56,601 nt of DNA from an uncultured Bacilli bacterium. GTDB taxonomy: Bacteria > Bacillota_I > Bacilli_A > RF39 > UBA660. The notes beneath the pieces were generated by a model. The model searched no databases. It had not been told where the DNA came from and saw only the letters and a program-made list of their open reading frames with translations. The translations under genes were made by a program, and so were the position numbers. Positions 1-11,764 of the stretch are shown here, piece by piece. Location: contig CANQAK010000005.1 in NCBI GenBank assembly GCA_947589495.1, positions 1-56,601 of the forward strand, in the 5' to 3' direction. Position 1 is the first letter of the stretch. Each line of letters starts with the position of its first letter.

Positions 1-257
1 ACATTTTGTATAAAAAGAAAAGCCTAATTTCAATAGAAATTAAACTTTTTTTATTTCTTCATCTGTCAAACTCGGGTTATAACATACAAAAAATAAAAAT
101 ACTATTTTGTTTAACATAAATTTTCCAAAAAAGATAAAAATAATACTAATGAATACTTTTTTCATATTCCTTGTTTTGTTTATAAAATAGTGATAGAATA
201 TTGTATTGAAATTTAATATATTATACTTTGTTGAATTTGTTGTAGATAGGAGGATTT

Positions 258-2210
258 ATGTTTAAATTAGTAAGTAATTATAAACCAAGTGGGGATCAAC
301 CAGAGGCAATTAAAGAATTAGTTGAAGGAATAAATAATAATAAAAAACATCAAGTTTTACTGGGTGCAACCGGTACTGGTAAAACTTTTACAATAGCTAA
401 TGTCATTAAAGAAGTTAATAAACCTACTCTAGTTCTTGCTCACAACAAAACTTTAGCAGGTCAACTTTATAGTGAGTTTAAAGAATTATTTCCAGAAAAT
501 CATGTTGAGTATTTTGTTTCCTATTATGATTACTACCAACCAGAAGCATATGTTCCATCAAGTGATACATATATTGAAAAAGATGCCTCTATTAATGATG
601 AAATAGATGAACTTAGACATAGCGCAACAAGTGCTTTAATTAACTACCGTGATGTAATTGTAGTAGCGTCTGTTTCATGTATATATGGTATTGGGGAAAA
701 AGATGAATATGAAAAAAATATGTTAGTTCTTAATATAGGAGATGAAACAAGTAGAAGTTATATTATTAATCATTTAGTTGATATGACATATGAAAGATGT
801 GATTTAGATTTTCACCGTGGAACATTTAGAGTTAGAGGAAATTCTATTGATATTATTCCAGTTAATGAAAAAGAATCAGGAATAAGAATTGAACTTGATG
901 GTGATATTGTTGAATCATTAACAGTATTTGATCCTTTAACGGGAGTTGTTAAAGAAGCAAAAAAAACTATTGTAATATCACCGGCATCTCACTTTGTTAC
1001 CAGTCCAGAAAAATTAGAAGAAGCTATTAAAAGAATTGAAAAAGAAAAAGAAGAAAGATTAAAATACTTTCATGAAAATGGCAAATTTATTGAAGAACAA
1101 AGATTAAGAGAAAGAGTTAATTATGATTTAGAAATGTTAAAAGAAACCGGATATTGTAACGGTGTAGAAAACTATTCAAGACACCTTGCTTTAAGGGGTG
1201 AAGGCGTTACACCAACCTGTTTAATTGATTTTATGCCTGAAGATTTTATGCTTGTAGTAGATGAATCTCATGTAACATTACCCCAAGTAAGAGGAATGTA
1301 TAATGGCGATAGAATGCGTAAACAAACTTTAGTAGACTATGGTTTTAGATTACCTAGTGCACTTGATAATAGACCTCTTAAATTTAATGAATTTGAAGAA
1401 AAAATTAACAATGTCATTTATGTATCCGCAACTCCAGGGGATTATGAATTAGAAAAATGTTCTCATGTAACTGAACAAATTATTCGTCCTACTGGACTTT
1501 TAGATCCACTTATTGAAGTTAGAAAAACTGAAGGACAAATTGATGATATAATTGGAGAAATAAATAAACGTATTGAATTAAATGAAAGAGTTTTAATTAC
1601 TACTTTAACGATCAGAATGAGTGAAGAATTAACTAATTATTTAAAAGAAATGAATATTAAAGTAGCATATTTACATAATGAAATTAAAACTTTAGAAAGA
1701 TTAAAAATAATTCACGATTTAAGATGTGGAATTTATGATGTTGTAGTAGGTATTAATCTTTTAAGAGAAGGAATAGATATTCCTGAAGTAAGTTTAATTT
1801 GTATTTTAGATGCTGATAAACAAGGATTTTTAAGAAGTGAAAGAAGTTTAATTCAAACAATTGGAAGATGTGCAAGAAACGCAAATGGTAAAGTAATTAT
1901 GTATGCTGATAATTACAGCGATGCTATGAATAAAGCAATTGAAGAAACTAAAAGAAGAAGAATTATTCAAGAAAAATACAATGAAGAACATAACATTACT
2001 CCTAAAACAATTAAAAAAGATATTAAAGATGTAATTAGTAATCAAATTAATACAGAAAGTAAAAAGAAAAAAGTTAGTAAAAAAGAAGCAATGGAAATGA
2101 TCCAAAAAATTGAAGAAGAAATGAGAGAAGCTGCTAAAAAATTAGATTTTGAAAGAGCAATGGAATTAAGAGATATTTTATTTGAACTTAAAGGAGATAT
2201 GAAAAAATGA
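258..2210 (+). CDS. uvrB: Excinuclease ABC subunit B
   Basis: PSGDQPEAI, Walker [24 protein letters not shown]-terminal [11 protein letters not shown]; RBS AGGAGG. Confidence 0.98.
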   Translation: MFKLVSNYKPSGDQPEAIKELVEGINNNKKHQVLLGATGTGKTFTIANVIKEVNKPTLVLAHNKTLAGQLYSEFKELFPENHVEYFVSYYDYYQPEAYVPSSDTYIEKDASINDEIDELRHSATSALINYRDVIVVASVSCIYGIGEKDEYEKNMLVLNIGDETSRSYIINHLVDMTYERCDLDFHRGTFRVRGNSIDIIPVNEKESGIRIELDGDIVESLTVFDPLTGVVKEAKKTIVISPASHFVTSPEKLEEAIKRIEKEKEERLKYFHENGKFIEEQRLRERVNYDLEMLKETGYCNGVENYSRHLALRGEGVTPTCLIDFMPEDFMLVVDESHVTLPQVRGMYNGDRMRKQTLVDYGFRLPSALDNRPLKFNEFEEKINNVIYVSATPGDYELEKCSHVTEQIIRPTGLLDPLIEVRKTEGQIDDIIGEINKRIELNERVLITTLTIRMSEELTNYLKEMNIKVAYLHNEIKTLERLKIIHDLRCGIYDVVVGINLLREGIDIPEVSLICILDADKQGFLRSERSLIQTIGRCARNANGKVIMYADNYSDAMNKAIEETKRRRIIQEKYNEEHNITPKTIKKDIKDVISNQINTESKKKKVSKKEAMEMIQKIEEEMREAAKKLDFERAMELRDILFELKGDMKK

Positions 2211-2959
2211 AAGCACTTATAACGGGAGCATCTTCTGGTATTGGAAGAGATATGGCTAGATATTTAGCTAGTAAAAATATAGATTTAATTTTAGTAGCAA
2301 GAAGAAAAAATAAATTAGAAAGTTTGGCTAAAGAATTAAATGTCAATGTTAAAATAATTAGTATTGATTTAAGTATTGAAAAAAATGTTTATAAATTATA
2401 TGAAGATTGTAAAAATGAAAATATTGATATTTTAATTAATGATGCGGGTTTTGGCTTATTTGGAGATTTTACCAAAACTGATTTAGATACTGAATTAAAA
2501 ATGATTGATGTAAATATTAAAGCATATCATATCTTAACTAAACTTTTTTTAAAAGATTTTGTAAATAAAAATAAAGGTTATATATTAAATGTATGTTCTT
2601 CAGCAGGATTTATGGCGGGCCCTCATCTAAATACTTATTATGCTACTAAAAATTATATTACCAAATTAACTATGGCCATAAATGAAGAACTTCGTGAACA
2701 AAAAAGTAATGTTAAAATTTGTGCTCTATGTCCTGGACCAACAAATACTGAATTTAATAAAGTAGCACATGGTACATTTAGTATTAAAGAATCTAGTAGT
2801 GAATATGTTGCTAAATATGGAATAGATAATATGTTTAAAGGAAAAATGATTATTATTCCTACTCTAAGAATGAAATTAGGAATATTTGGTTTAAGATTTA
2901 TTCCATATCGTTTACAATTAATTATATCTTCATTTATTCAACATAGAAAAACTAAATAA
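2207..2959 (+). CDS. Short-chain dehydrogenase/reductase (SDR)
   Basis: [11 protein letters not shown](F)G, YYATK (YxxxK); ATGA overlap with uvrB. Confidence 0.92.
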   Translation: MKALITGASSGIGRDMARYLASKNIDLILVARRKNKLESLAKELNVNVKIISIDLSIEKNVYKLYEDCKNENIDILINDAGFGLFGDFTKTDLDTELKMIDVNIKAYHILTKLFLKDFVNKNKGYILNVCSSAGFMAGPHLNTYYATKNYITKLTMAINEELREQKSNVKICALCPGPTNTEFNKVAHGTFSIKESSSEYVAKYGIDNMFKGKMIIIPTLRMKLGIFGLRFIPYRLQLIISSFIQHRKTK

Positions 2960-2967
2960 AAAAGTTA

Positions 2968-5031
2968 TTATGAATTTTTATTTTCACAATAACTTTTTTT
3001 TAATATTCTTGTTGTATTTAATATTGTTAATAAAGTTACTCCAGTATCAGCAAAAACTGCTTGCCACATAGTTGCAATACCTATTGCACTTAGTATTAAT
3101 ACCAAAATTTTAACAGTAAATGCAAATATTAAATTTTGTTTAATTATTTTATCGGTTTTATGAGATATTTTTAATAATACCAATAAACTATTTAAATTAT
3201 CATTCATAATTACAACATCACTTGCTTCAATTGCAGAAGCACTTCCAATATTTCCCATAGAAATACCTACTTTAGCAATTCTTAATGCGGGAGCATCATT
3301 TACTCCATCTCCAACAAAAGCAACATTGCCATTATATTTTTTAATTTCTTTTTCTAAAAGATTAAATTTATCTTTAGGAAGTAATTCATAAGAAACATCT
3401 TTAATACCTACTTTTTTAGCAATATCTAAAGCAATACTTTTACTATCTCCCGTAAACATTTTAACATTAATACCCATGCTATTTAATTTTTCTATTGTTT
3501 CTTTAGCATTTTCTTTTATACCATCTATTAAGAGTAATTTAGAAATTATTTCATTATTAATACTTAGAAAAATTCCCGGAATATTATTTTCATAATTACA
3601 GAATTTGGCAGAACCAATTTTTATTTTATCATCATCTATTTTAAAACTAATACCATTACCTTCAATTTCTTTAAAATTTCTAACTTTAAATTTTTCTTTT
3701 ACTTTGCATAATTTTAAAATTGATTTAGCAATTGGATGATTAGATAATTCTTCTCCACTAACATAATATTTTAAAATCTCTTCTTTTTTATATTTATTAT
3801 TATAAATTTCTAAAGAATAATTTAAATTTTCATTATTAGTAATAGTACCTGTTTTATCAAATATAATTTCTTTGATAGTTCTAATGCCTTCAAGATAATC
3901 ACTACCTTTAATTAAAATTCCATTATTACTAGAAGCTCCAATACCTGAAAAATAAGCAAGAGGAACTGATATAGCAATAGCACAAGGACAAGAAACTACT
4001 AAAAATACTAAGGCTCTATATAAAGAATCACTAAAAGTTATACCAGGGACTAAAGGAAGAAGTAATGCGATTAAAATAGCTAATAATAAAATAATGGGAG
4101 TATATATTCTGGCTGCTTTAGATACAAATTTTTCTGTTTTAGCTTTTTTATCAGAAGCATTTTCTACTAAAGATAATATTTGAGCAACTGTACTATTTTC
4201 ATATAATTTAGTAACTTTCATAGTAATTAATCCATCAGTATTAATAGATCCTGAAAGTATTTCATCACCTACATTTACTTCAGATAAAATGCTTTCTCCA
4301 GTTAAGGCCTTTTTATCTAAAAGCCCATGACCTTCAATTACTTTACCATCTAATGGAACTTTTTCACCTTTTTTTATTACTATGATATCATTTATTTTTA
4401 CTTCAGTAGGATTTGTTCTTAACAAATCCCCATTAACTTTTAAATTAGCATATTCTGGTTTAATATCCATTAAATCTCCAATTGATTTTCGAGTATTATT
4501 AACTGCTAATCCTTCTAAAATTTTACCTATTTCATATAAAATAATAACCATTAATCCTTCATGAATATTATTAGTAAAATATGCACCAATACAGGAAATA
4601 GATACTAATAAATTTTCATCAATATTAAATCCTTTAATAAGCATAGTAATCGCTTTTTTTAATACTCTTTCCAATAATACTAAATAAGCAATTATAATTA
4701 AAATATTATGTATTAAAGAATTTTTTATAAATATTGATAATATAAAACAAATAATTCCTACTGCTAATCTAATAACATCAAATAACAATTTATTTTTATA
4801 TGTATTTTCATCTTGACTATATACTAATGTATCTGGTTCTACACTATGAACGATCTCTTTAACTAATTCTTTAACTCCATTTTTTAAAGGTGTTTCTATT
4901 ACTAAACTTAAATTAGCAAAATTAACACTGGCTTTATTAATATTTTCATTTTTATTTAAAGCATTTTCTATTTTTTTAGCACAATTAGCACAATCAAGAT
5001 TACTCAATTTAAATTTATATTTATAATTCAT
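2968..5031 (-). CDS. Heavy-metal (Zn/Cd/Co) P1B-type ATPase, CadA/ZntA-like
   Basis: N-terminal CANC HMA domain, TGES, SCPC, DKTGT, HP, GDGVND. Confidence 0.93.
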   Translation of the reverse strand: MNYKYKFKLSNLDCANCAKKIENALNKNENINKASVNFANLSLVIETPLKNGVKELVKEIVHSVEPDTLVYSQDENTYKNKLLFDVIRLAVGIICFILSIFIKNSLIHNILIIIAYLVLLERVLKKAITMLIKGFNIDENLLVSISCIGAYFTNNIHEGLMVIILYEIGKILEGLAVNNTRKSIGDLMDIKPEYANLKVNGDLLRTNPTEVKINDIIVIKKGEKVPLDGKVIEGHGLLDKKALTGESILSEVNVGDEILSGSINTDGLITMKVTKLYENSTVAQILSLVENASDKKAKTEKFVSKAARIYTPIILLLAILIALLLPLVPGITFSDSLYRALVFLVVSCPCAIAISVPLAYFSGIGASSNNGILIKGSDYLEGIRTIKEIIFDKTGTITNNENLNYSLEIYNNKYKKEEILKYYVSGEELSNHPIAKSILKLCKVKEKFKVRNFKEIEGNGISFKIDDDKIKIGSAKFCNYENNIPGIFLSINNEIISKLLLIDGIKENAKETIEKLNSMGINVKMFTGDSKSIALDIAKKVGIKDVSYELLPKDKFNLLEKEIKKYNGNVAFVGDGVNDAPALRIAKVGISMGNIGSASAIEASDVVIMNDNLNSLLVLLKISHKTDKIIKQNLIFAFTVKILVLILSAIGIATMWQAVFADTGVTLLTILNTTRILKKSYCENKNS

Positions 5032-5314
5032 TTATATGTTCACATCCTAACAAAAATATTTTTTTTACATGATCATCAGACAAAGAATAAATAATACAAT
5101 TACCTTCTTTTCTATATTTAACTAACTTAGCTTGTTTTAAAATTCGTAACTGATGAGAAACTGCCGATTGACTAATATTAATTTTACTAGCAATATCACA
5201 AACACATAACTCATTTTGTAATAAAACATTAATTATTTTTATTCTAGTTGAATCTCCAAATATTTTAAATAACTCAGCAATATCTATTGTTAAATCATCA
5301 TCCAATAAATTCAA
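5021..5314 (-). CDS. ArsR/SmtB family metal-sensing repressor
   Basis: FKIFGDSTRIKI, ELCVCDIA, SQSAVSHQLRIL, alpha5-type DDH-x10-H site; TTG start. Confidence 0.92.
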   Translation of the reverse strand: MNLLDDDLTIDIAELFKIFGDSTRIKIINVLLQNELCVCDIASKINISQSAVSHQLRILKQAKLVKYRKEGNCIIYSLSDDHVKKIFLLGCEHINEL

Positions 5315-5327
5315 TTAAATCACTCCC

Positions 5328-5363
5328 ATATTTATATATGAATAGATGTTCATATATAAATAT
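5328..5363. promoter_or_regulatory. SmtB/CzrA-type operator palindrome
   Basis: Perfect 15-6-15 inverted repeat ATATTTATATATGAA-tagatg-TTCATATATAAATAT with TGAA-N6-TTCA core just upstream of the ArsR gene. Confidence 0.85.
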
Positions 5364-5416
5364 ATTAGCATACTTTATATTAAATGTCTACAATAAAAAA
5401 ATGTGCTACTTACACA

Positions 5417-7114
5417 TTATTTTAAATTTTCTTTAATATATTCTTTAACAAAAGTTACTGCTTCTTTAACTTGTTTTTCTTCAAAATCTTTTTTAGTTCT
5501 TAATTTTACTTCCACAATATCATTTTCTATTTTACTACCCACAGTAATACGAATTGGAATACCTATTAAATCCATATCTTTAAATTTAATTCCTACTCTT
5601 TCATCACGGTCATCAAGTAATACTTCAATTCCTAATTTAGTTAATTCATCATATATTTCGTTTGCTTTTTCACATGATTTTTCATCTTTAATATTAACAA
5701 TAACTATACATACTTGAAAAGGTGCAATATTTAGAGGTAAAATAATTCCATTTTCATCATTATTTTGTTCGATAATACTAGCTAAAATTCTACCCACACC
5801 AATTCCATAACTACCCATTATAACTGGTTTAGATAAATTTTTTTCATCAAGATAAGTTAACCCTAAGGCTTCAGAATATTTTGTACCTAATTTAAATAAA
5901 TTACCTATTTCTATACCTTTTTTAAAATATAATGAACCACCACATTTTGGACAAATATCATTTTCTTTGACATTAACAATATCCCCCACTACATCATATT
6001 TAAAATCTTTTAAATTAACGTTAATATAGTGTTTACCTTCAATATTTGCTCCACAGCAAAAATTCTTCATATTTAATATTTCTTTATCAATAACAATTTT
6101 CGTATTTAAATTGATAGGGCCAGTAAAACCTGCAACAGCATTACTTTTACTAATTAATTTATCAGTTGCAAAAGATATTTCATTAACCCCTAAAAGTTTA
6201 CAGGCCTTTGTTTCATTAAATTCTCTATCCCCTCTTATAAAGAAAACAACTAATTCTGAAGATACATTCATAAGTAATGCTTTTACTGTATCTTTAATGC
6301 TTATTTTTAAATAATCACAAACTTCTTCAATTGTTTTCTTATTTGGAGTATCAACTAATTCTAGTTTTTTTTCTTCTTGATTATTTTTTTCATTAGATAT
6401 AACTTCAGATACTTCAAGATTGGATGCATAATCACATTTATCACATAATACTAAACAATCTTCCCCTATATCAGTTACTGCTTGATATTCTTCAGATAAA
6501 CTTCCTCCCATAACACCAGTATCAGCTTTAACTATTTTATAATTTATTTGTAATCTATTATAGATATTGTTATAAGCATCTTTCATTTTATGATAAGATA
6601 AATCTAATCCTTCTTCATCTTTATCAAAAGAATAAGCATCTTTCATAATAAATTCTCTTACTCTAATTAAACCATATCTAGGTCTTGGTTCATCACGAAA
6701 TTTATCAGCTTGTTGGTATAAAGTAAAAGGTAAATCTTTATAACTTTTAACCATTGATTTTGCAGCAATTGTAAATAATTCTTCATGAGTTGGTCCTAAT
6801 ACATAAGGTTTATCAAATCTATCTTTTAAATTAAACATACTATTTCCTAGTAATTTAGTTCTACCACAAACTTCATAATATTCAGTAGGTATTAAACTAG
6901 GCATTAATAATTCTAAAGCTCCAGCATTATCCATTTCTTCTTTAACAATTTTTTTAATTTTATCTAATATTCTTAGTCCAAGAGGTAAATACATATAAAT
7001 ACCTGCACCAACTTTTTTAATCATTCCTGCTCTTACTAATAAATTACCACTTATACTTTCTTCATCTTTAGCATCTTCTCTTAAAGTATAAAAATAACTC
7101 CCTTTAAGTTTCAT
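5417..7114 (-). CDS. proS: Proline--tRNA ligase (bacterial type with editing insertion)
   Basis: LGPTHEE, KFRDEPRPRYGLIRVREFIMKDAYSF, GIEIGNLFKLG, MGSYGIG. Confidence 0.97.
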   Translation of the reverse strand: MKLKGSYFYTLREDAKDEESISGNLLVRAGMIKKVGAGIYMYLPLGLRILDKIKKIVKEEMDNAGALELLMPSLIPTEYYEVCGRTKLLGNSMFNLKDRFDKPYVLGPTHEELFTIAAKSMVKSYKDLPFTLYQQADKFRDEPRPRYGLIRVREFIMKDAYSFDKDEEGLDLSYHKMKDAYNNIYNRLQINYKIVKADTGVMGGSLSEEYQAVTDIGEDCLVLCDKCDYASNLEVSEVISNEKNNQEEKKLELVDTPNKKTIEEVCDYLKISIKDTVKALLMNVSSELVVFFIRGDREFNETKACKLLGVNEISFATDKLISKSNAVAGFTGPINLNTKIVIDKEILNMKNFCCGANIEGKHYINVNLKDFKYDVVGDIVNVKENDICPKCGGSLYFKKGIEIGNLFKLGTKYSEALGLTYLDEKNLSKPVIMGSYGIGVGRILASIIEQNNDENGIILPLNIAPFQVCIVIVNIKDEKSCEKANEIYDELTKLGIEVLLDDRDERVGIKFKDMDLIGIPIRITVGSKIENDIVEVKLRTKKDFEEKQVKEAVTFVKEYIKENLK

Positions 7115-7180
7115 ATTACTTGCCTCTTTTCTAATACATATTATAATCTACAAAATGTTTTAAGTCTAGTTAAATGATAT

Positions 7181-7206
7181 TAAAAAACACACCACTACAG
7201 TGTGTT
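7181..7206 (-). terminator. Putative intrinsic terminator after dehydrogenase gene
   Basis: AACACAC-N7-GTGTGTT hairpin with A-run on + (U-tract on -). Confidence 0.55.
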
Positions 7207-7209
7207 AAA

Positions 7210-8223
7210 TTATTTATTTGGATCTACTAAAATTTTAATTGAATCAGATTCTCCACTATAAAGTTCTTCATAAGACTTTCCTACTTCTTCTAAACTTACT
7301 GTTTTAGAAACAAATTTTAATACTTCTACTTCTTTATTAGCTATCATACTAATACATTTAGCAAATTCTGCTTTAGTATAAGCAATTGCTCCAATAACAG
7401 TTATCTCTTTCATAACTGTTTCTATAGTAGCTAAATTTATCGGTGTCATTGAAACACCAACAAGTATTACTGTACCTCCAGCTTTCACTAAAGACATAGC
7501 ACTGTTAACTGCTGGAGTATTTCCACAACATTCTATAACTTTATCAAATTTACTGTTATAATCAGCCATAACTTTTTCATCTTTAGCATCAATCCATTCA
7601 TCAGCAACCCCTAAACTGACAGCTTTTTCTCCCCGTCTTTCATTAGTTTCTGATACAACTACTTTACTAGCACCACTTCTTTTCGCAAACATAGCAGATA
7701 CTAAACCAATAATACCTCCACCAATTACTAAGACATTATCGCCAACATCAATATTAGCTAAATTAATTGCATGATAACCAACTGCAGTTGGTTCTACTAA
7801 AGCTCCTTCTTCATAACTCATATTATCTGGTAATTTTAAAACCATATCACTACGAACTTTAAGTTGTGGCGCAAGCCCTCCCGGATTATCTAAAGAAAGC
7901 CCACTTGCATGTAACCATGTATCATGACAATAATGAATATTACCAGTTAAACACGCCTCACATTCACCACAAGGTGAAATTGGTAACGCTGTTACTCTAT
8001 CTCCTACTTTTAAATCTTCTCTTCCACCATTATCTAAAACTTCTCCAGCATATTCATGTCCCATAACCAAACCAACAGGTTGTCCTAACTCCCAATAATG
8101 AATATCTGAACCACAAATACCCGTTTTCTTAACTTTAATTAATACTTTTCCTTCTTCTTTTTCTGGTTCATTTATTTCTTTAATTTCAAATTCTTTTTTT
8201 CCTTTAATTGCTACACTTTTCAT
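7210..8223 (-). CDS. Zn-dependent alcohol/polyol dehydrogenase (MDR family)
   Basis: GICGSD, GHE, CxxCxxC-x7-C, EP, GGGIIG. Confidence 0.93.
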   Translation of the reverse strand: MKSVAIKGKKEFEIKEINEPEKEEGKVLIKVKKTGICGSDIHYWELGQPVGLVMGHEYAGEVLDNGGREDLKVGDRVTALPISPCGECEACLTGNIHYCHDTWLHASGLSLDNPGGLAPQLKVRSDMVLKLPDNMSYEEGALVEPTAVGYHAINLANIDVGDNVLVIGGGIIGLVSAMFAKRSGASKVVVSETNERRGEKAVSLGVADEWIDAKDEKVMADYNSKFDKVIECCGNTPAVNSAMSLVKAGGTVILVGVSMTPINLATIETVMKEITVIGAIAYTKAEFAKCISMIANKEVEVLKFVSKTVSLEEVGKSYEELYSGESDSIKILVDPNK

Positions 8224-8291
8224 AAATCCTCCTTATTCTTATTATACCAAACAAATTCTTTATTATAAATTAATTTACAAAATTTTGACAT

Positions 8292-9482
8292 TTATTTATA
8301 CATAATATCTATATCAACATCTCCATTAATTCCATCGATATGTCCATTATTGCAAAGTTGCCATATTTGATAATCACCTTCATAATTAGTTTTAGATGTA
8401 TAATGAGCAAGCCAAACAGGAAATTCTTTTTTATTTGTCCAAATAGTTTCTAAATAAAATTTACTACTATAAAGCATTCCTTCATAACCTTTTTTCTTAA
8501 TTCTATCCATAAAATTATCAGCAATTTCATTTATTTCATGAAAACTAATTTTATAACTATTCCATTTTGTCCAATTTTCCCAATCAAATACTATTGGTAA
8601 ATCTATTTTTTTACCATCTAACTTTTTAATAACCCAATTAGCTTGTTTAATAGCTTCCTTCGAACTAGTTGCTATACTATAAAGATATACTCCTACTTTA
8701 AGTCCAGCTTTTTTAGCATTCTCATAATTTTGTTCAAAATATGCATCCATACTTAAATCCCCTAAGGCTTCTTTTTGGACACCTATTCTCATCATTACAA
8801 AGGAAGCCCCGGCATTCTTTACCTTTTCAAAATCAATATTTTCTTGCCATTTAGATACATCAATTCCAAATTCATTATTATCTGTTTTATATTCATTTAT
8901 TACATCTGCAAATTCTTTTTTAGGTGCTTCTTCAGGCGTACTAGGTTTTGAATTATTATCTTTTTTTGGTTTTTCAATAACATTAACGGTCACATTAACT
9001 TCTTTTTTATTATTACTACTATCACTTAAAGTATATAAAAGTTTATAAGTCCCAGCTTTATTTAAATCATATTCTCCAGTGATTTCACATTTAACATCCC
9101 CCGTATAATTATCGCCATAAGTAATTAAGTTACATAAGTCCCCTTCATAACCTACATACACCGTTTTATTTGTACCACTAAAAACTTTAGGCATTTCTCC
9201 GTCAATCACATTCAACACATAATTATAAACATAATTTTTTTTATCTTTTTTAAAATATACTTTTAATTTTTTTTCTCCTAAACTATTTGTATCAATTTTA
9301 TAATTTTCACTAATTACTTTAACATCACTTTGAAGAGTCATAATATCTTTTAAATAAGTATCACTATAAACAGGAACACTATTAACTATAATACTAATAT
9401 TATCATTTGTTTTATCTTCATAAGTTTTTCCTTCACAACCAGTAATAATTAAACTTGCTAACAAAATAAAAATCCATTTCAT
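8292..9482 (-). CDS. Lipoprotein with Ig-like domain(s) and C-terminal GH25 muramidase
   Basis: Likely start MKWIF (9482); lipobox IITGC; GIDVSKWQ, FDWE (DxE), WQ...DVDID. Confidence 0.88.
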   Translation of the reverse strand: MKWIFILLASLIITGCEGKTYEDKTNDNISIIVNSVPVYSDTYLKDIMTLQSDVKVISENYKIDTNSLGEKKLKVYFKKDKKNYVYNYVLNVIDGEMPKVFSGTNKTVYVGYEGDLCNLITYGDNYTGDVKCEITGEYDLNKAGTYKLLYTLSDSSNNKKEVNVTVNVIEKPKKDNNSKPSTPEEAPKKEFADVINEYKTDNNEFGIDVSKWQENIDFEKVKNAGASFVMMRIGVQKEALGDLSMDAYFEQNYENAKKAGLKVGVYLYSIATSSKEAIKQANWVIKKLDGKKIDLPIVFDWENWTKWNSYKISFHEINEIADNFMDRIKKKGYEGMLYSSKFYLETIWTNKKEFPVWLAHYTSKTNYEGDYQIWQLCNNGHIDGINGDVDIDIMYK

Positions 9483-9578
9483 AAAAAACCTCACAAAAAG
9501 ATTATACAATAAAATTATATGTACACCAATAAATTTTTAATATTATGCACAAAAAAAGATGTTTAATAACTAAACACC

Positions 9579-9866
9579 TTATAAATATTCAACAACTTTA
9601 ATATTTTTTTGAAGCTTCTCAATTAAATCCTCTGGTTCATATTTAGAAAACACTTCGACAAAATTACTATGATCCATTAAAAACATATCATAATATTCTA
9701 AGAAAATTTGTTGATAATTAGTTACTCCTAGTTCTTTTAAATAATCAATATTTGCACTTACTAATTTTTTGCTTTTTTTAATAGCATCAATTAATTTTTT
9801 AGGAGAATTATTTAAAAATTCAGCAATCTCTTCTTTATTAAAATCATATTTTTCTAAAAATTTCAT
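9579..9866 (-). CDS. Hypothetical helical protein, mTERF-like repeat pattern
   Basis: Coupled ORF (ATGA overlap); NIDYLKELGV..IFLEYYDMF pattern. Confidence 0.6.
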   Translation of the reverse strand: MKFLEKYDFNKEEIAEFLNNSPKKLIDAIKKSKKLVSANIDYLKELGVTNYQQIFLEYYDMFLMDHSNFVEVFSKYEPEDLIEKLQKNIKVVEYL

Positions 9867-10564
9867 GCTGCTCTACCTCTTCCTATTTCAAATTGTTCAT
9901 CAGGAATATCATTTATACCAACATATCCCATATCATTATTCATATTTTTTAAACTATCAAGTTCTGCTAATTCTCTTTCTAAATCTGCTCTTATTGCATT
10001 AAAACTAGTTTTTTCAGCTTCAATTTTTTCCATATCTTCATGAGCTTTTCTATATTCATTTATATCAACAATATTATTATTAATAGTATCGGCCTCATTT
10101 TGAATAGCAGGTTCAACAGTAATAATTTCTTTATTTAAAGTCTCTTTATTATCTACTGTCATATCTTTATTAAATTCTTGTTGCCAAGCTTTACTGCTAA
10201 AAAGAAATGGTTCATAAGTTCCATCTTCTTTTTTGTAAGGTTTACCTATTTGAATACAATAATTAATTTTTTTATAAATATCTATAACATTACGATTAAT
10301 CATTGAAGGATTTTGTCTATAAATATCTGATTCATGTATTTCTTCTAAAATAGCAAATTTCTTTTCAATTTCTGCTAAACCATTACCAAAAATAGTAAGT
10401 TCATGAGCTTTAGTAATTGTAACATTTTTTGAAGTTAAAAATTTAAGAATATCTTTTATCTCTTCTGTACTTACTAAAGATAATGAAACAGCATGTTTCT
10501 CTATTGCTCTTCTTCTTTCTTCTTCACTAAAATTAAATAATTCTAATTTTTCTTTTAAATCCAT
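9863..10564 (-). CDS. Hypothetical protein, mTERF-like repeats plus C-terminal coiled coil
   Basis: RBS GGAGG; KKFAILEEI..DIYRQNPSMI, KKINYCIQIG; ends GRGRAA. Confidence 0.65.
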   Translation of the reverse strand: MDLKEKLELFNFSEEERRRAIEKHAVSLSLVSTEEIKDILKFLTSKNVTITKAHELTIFGNGLAEIEKKFAILEEIHESDIYRQNPSMINRNVIDIYKKINYCIQIGKPYKKEDGTYEPFLFSSKAWQQEFNKDMTVDNKETLNKEIITVEPAIQNEADTINNNIVDINEYRKAHEDMEKIEAEKTSFNAIRADLERELAELDSLKNMNNDMGYVGINDIPDEQFEIGRGRAA

Positions 10565-10573
10565 ATTAACCTC

Positions 10574-11695
10574 CTAATATGCCATTAATGGAACTTTTTT
10601 AGGATCAAGTCCACTACTTCTTAATTTATTAATCGTATCGTCTAAATCATTTTTATTATATTTTATTAGAATTCCTGGATTTAAGTAAATGTCCAAAGGT
10701 TCTTTTCCAATTTCAATTAATTTATTAATTTTTTGTTCAAATTCTTTATCATATAATAATTCAACATTATCTATAAATAAATCTAAATTAATTTTATTAT
10801 TTTTTGCATATTCTACATTATTCTTTAAAACATTTACACTATAATTTGCTAATACTTTATCTAAATCATTACTTGTAAATTCCAAATGATCAAATCCTAA
10901 ATCTGTAAGAAGTTCAATTAACTCATCTTTCGGTGATTTTACTTCTTCTACTTCTTCATATGAATTATCTTTTACTTCTTCTTCTTTATTTTGAACATTT
11001 TCCTTTGCTTCTTGGAACACCTCAGAAATACTCATTCCCGGATGGGCAGCATTTTTTAATTTATTTTCATAATCGTATAAAGCATCTTCAGGGAACATCA
11101 TAATTTTAGCAGCTTCTCTACGTTCATCTTCATTAAAATCAAATTTTTCAAGTAAACTTGTTATTGAATCTCTAGTAATATTGATATTACCATTTAAAGC
11201 TAATTCAAAGTATTCATTTAATCTTTCTTGATTTTCAATAGCTTCATCTTTTCTAATTGCTAACTCTTCAATTGTAGCAATTGCTGTATTCATTTCAGCT
11301 TCTACCTTAACAAGTTCATCTTTAGCACTTTTTTTCTCTTCTTGAACTTTCTCAATTGTTTTAGGAAGCAATCTATTAACTTCTTCACTTAATCTATCTG
11401 GATTAAAATCAACTTTTAATTTTTCTAAAACAATCTTAAAATCATCAGTTTTAATATGACTTAAAGCATTAACAAGTTTTTCTCCTTCTTCAGCTAAAAC
11501 TCTTTCTTCCTCTGTTAAATTTTCTATTTTTTCTTGTAATGTAGTTTTTTCACTAGAAGTTCTTTCTTTAGTTTTAGTAGCAATATCTTTTTCTTGTTTC
11601 ATTTTTGCTAATATAACACTATCTTCGCCACGCAAATTATATAATTTATCTAATAGTCTTGTTATCTCTGCAGTTAACATTTTCATTAGAATCAC
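10574..11695 (-). CDS. Hypothetical coiled-coil protein with C-terminal mTERF-like repeats
   Basis: Long E/K heptad region; KINKLIEIGKEPLDIYLNPGIL, TINKLRSSG. Confidence 0.65.
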   Translation of the reverse strand: MILMKMLTAEITRLLDKLYNLRGEDSVILAKMKQEKDIATKTKERTSSEKTTLQEKIENLTEEERVLAEEGEKLVNALSHIKTDDFKIVLEKLKVDFNPDRLSEEVNRLLPKTIEKVQEEKKSAKDELVKVEAEMNTAIATIEELAIRKDEAIENQERLNEYFELALNGNINITRDSITSLLEKFDFNEDERREAAKIMMFPEDALYDYENKLKNAAHPGMSISEVFQEAKENVQNKEEEVKDNSYEEVEEVKSPKDELIELLTDLGFDHLEFTSNDLDKVLANYSVNVLKNNVEYAKNNKINLDLFIDNVELLYDKEFEQKINKLIEIGKEPLDIYLNPGILIKYNKNDLDDTINKLRSSGLDPKKVPLMAY

Positions 11696-11764
11696 TCCCT
11701 CTTATTATAAGTTCATTATAACAAAAGTGTCTTTATTTGTAAATAATAACTATAAATTTAAATT

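Noticed and set aside
1-257. LexA/SOS box upstream of uvrB
   Set aside because: No GAAC-N4-GTTC match found by eye.
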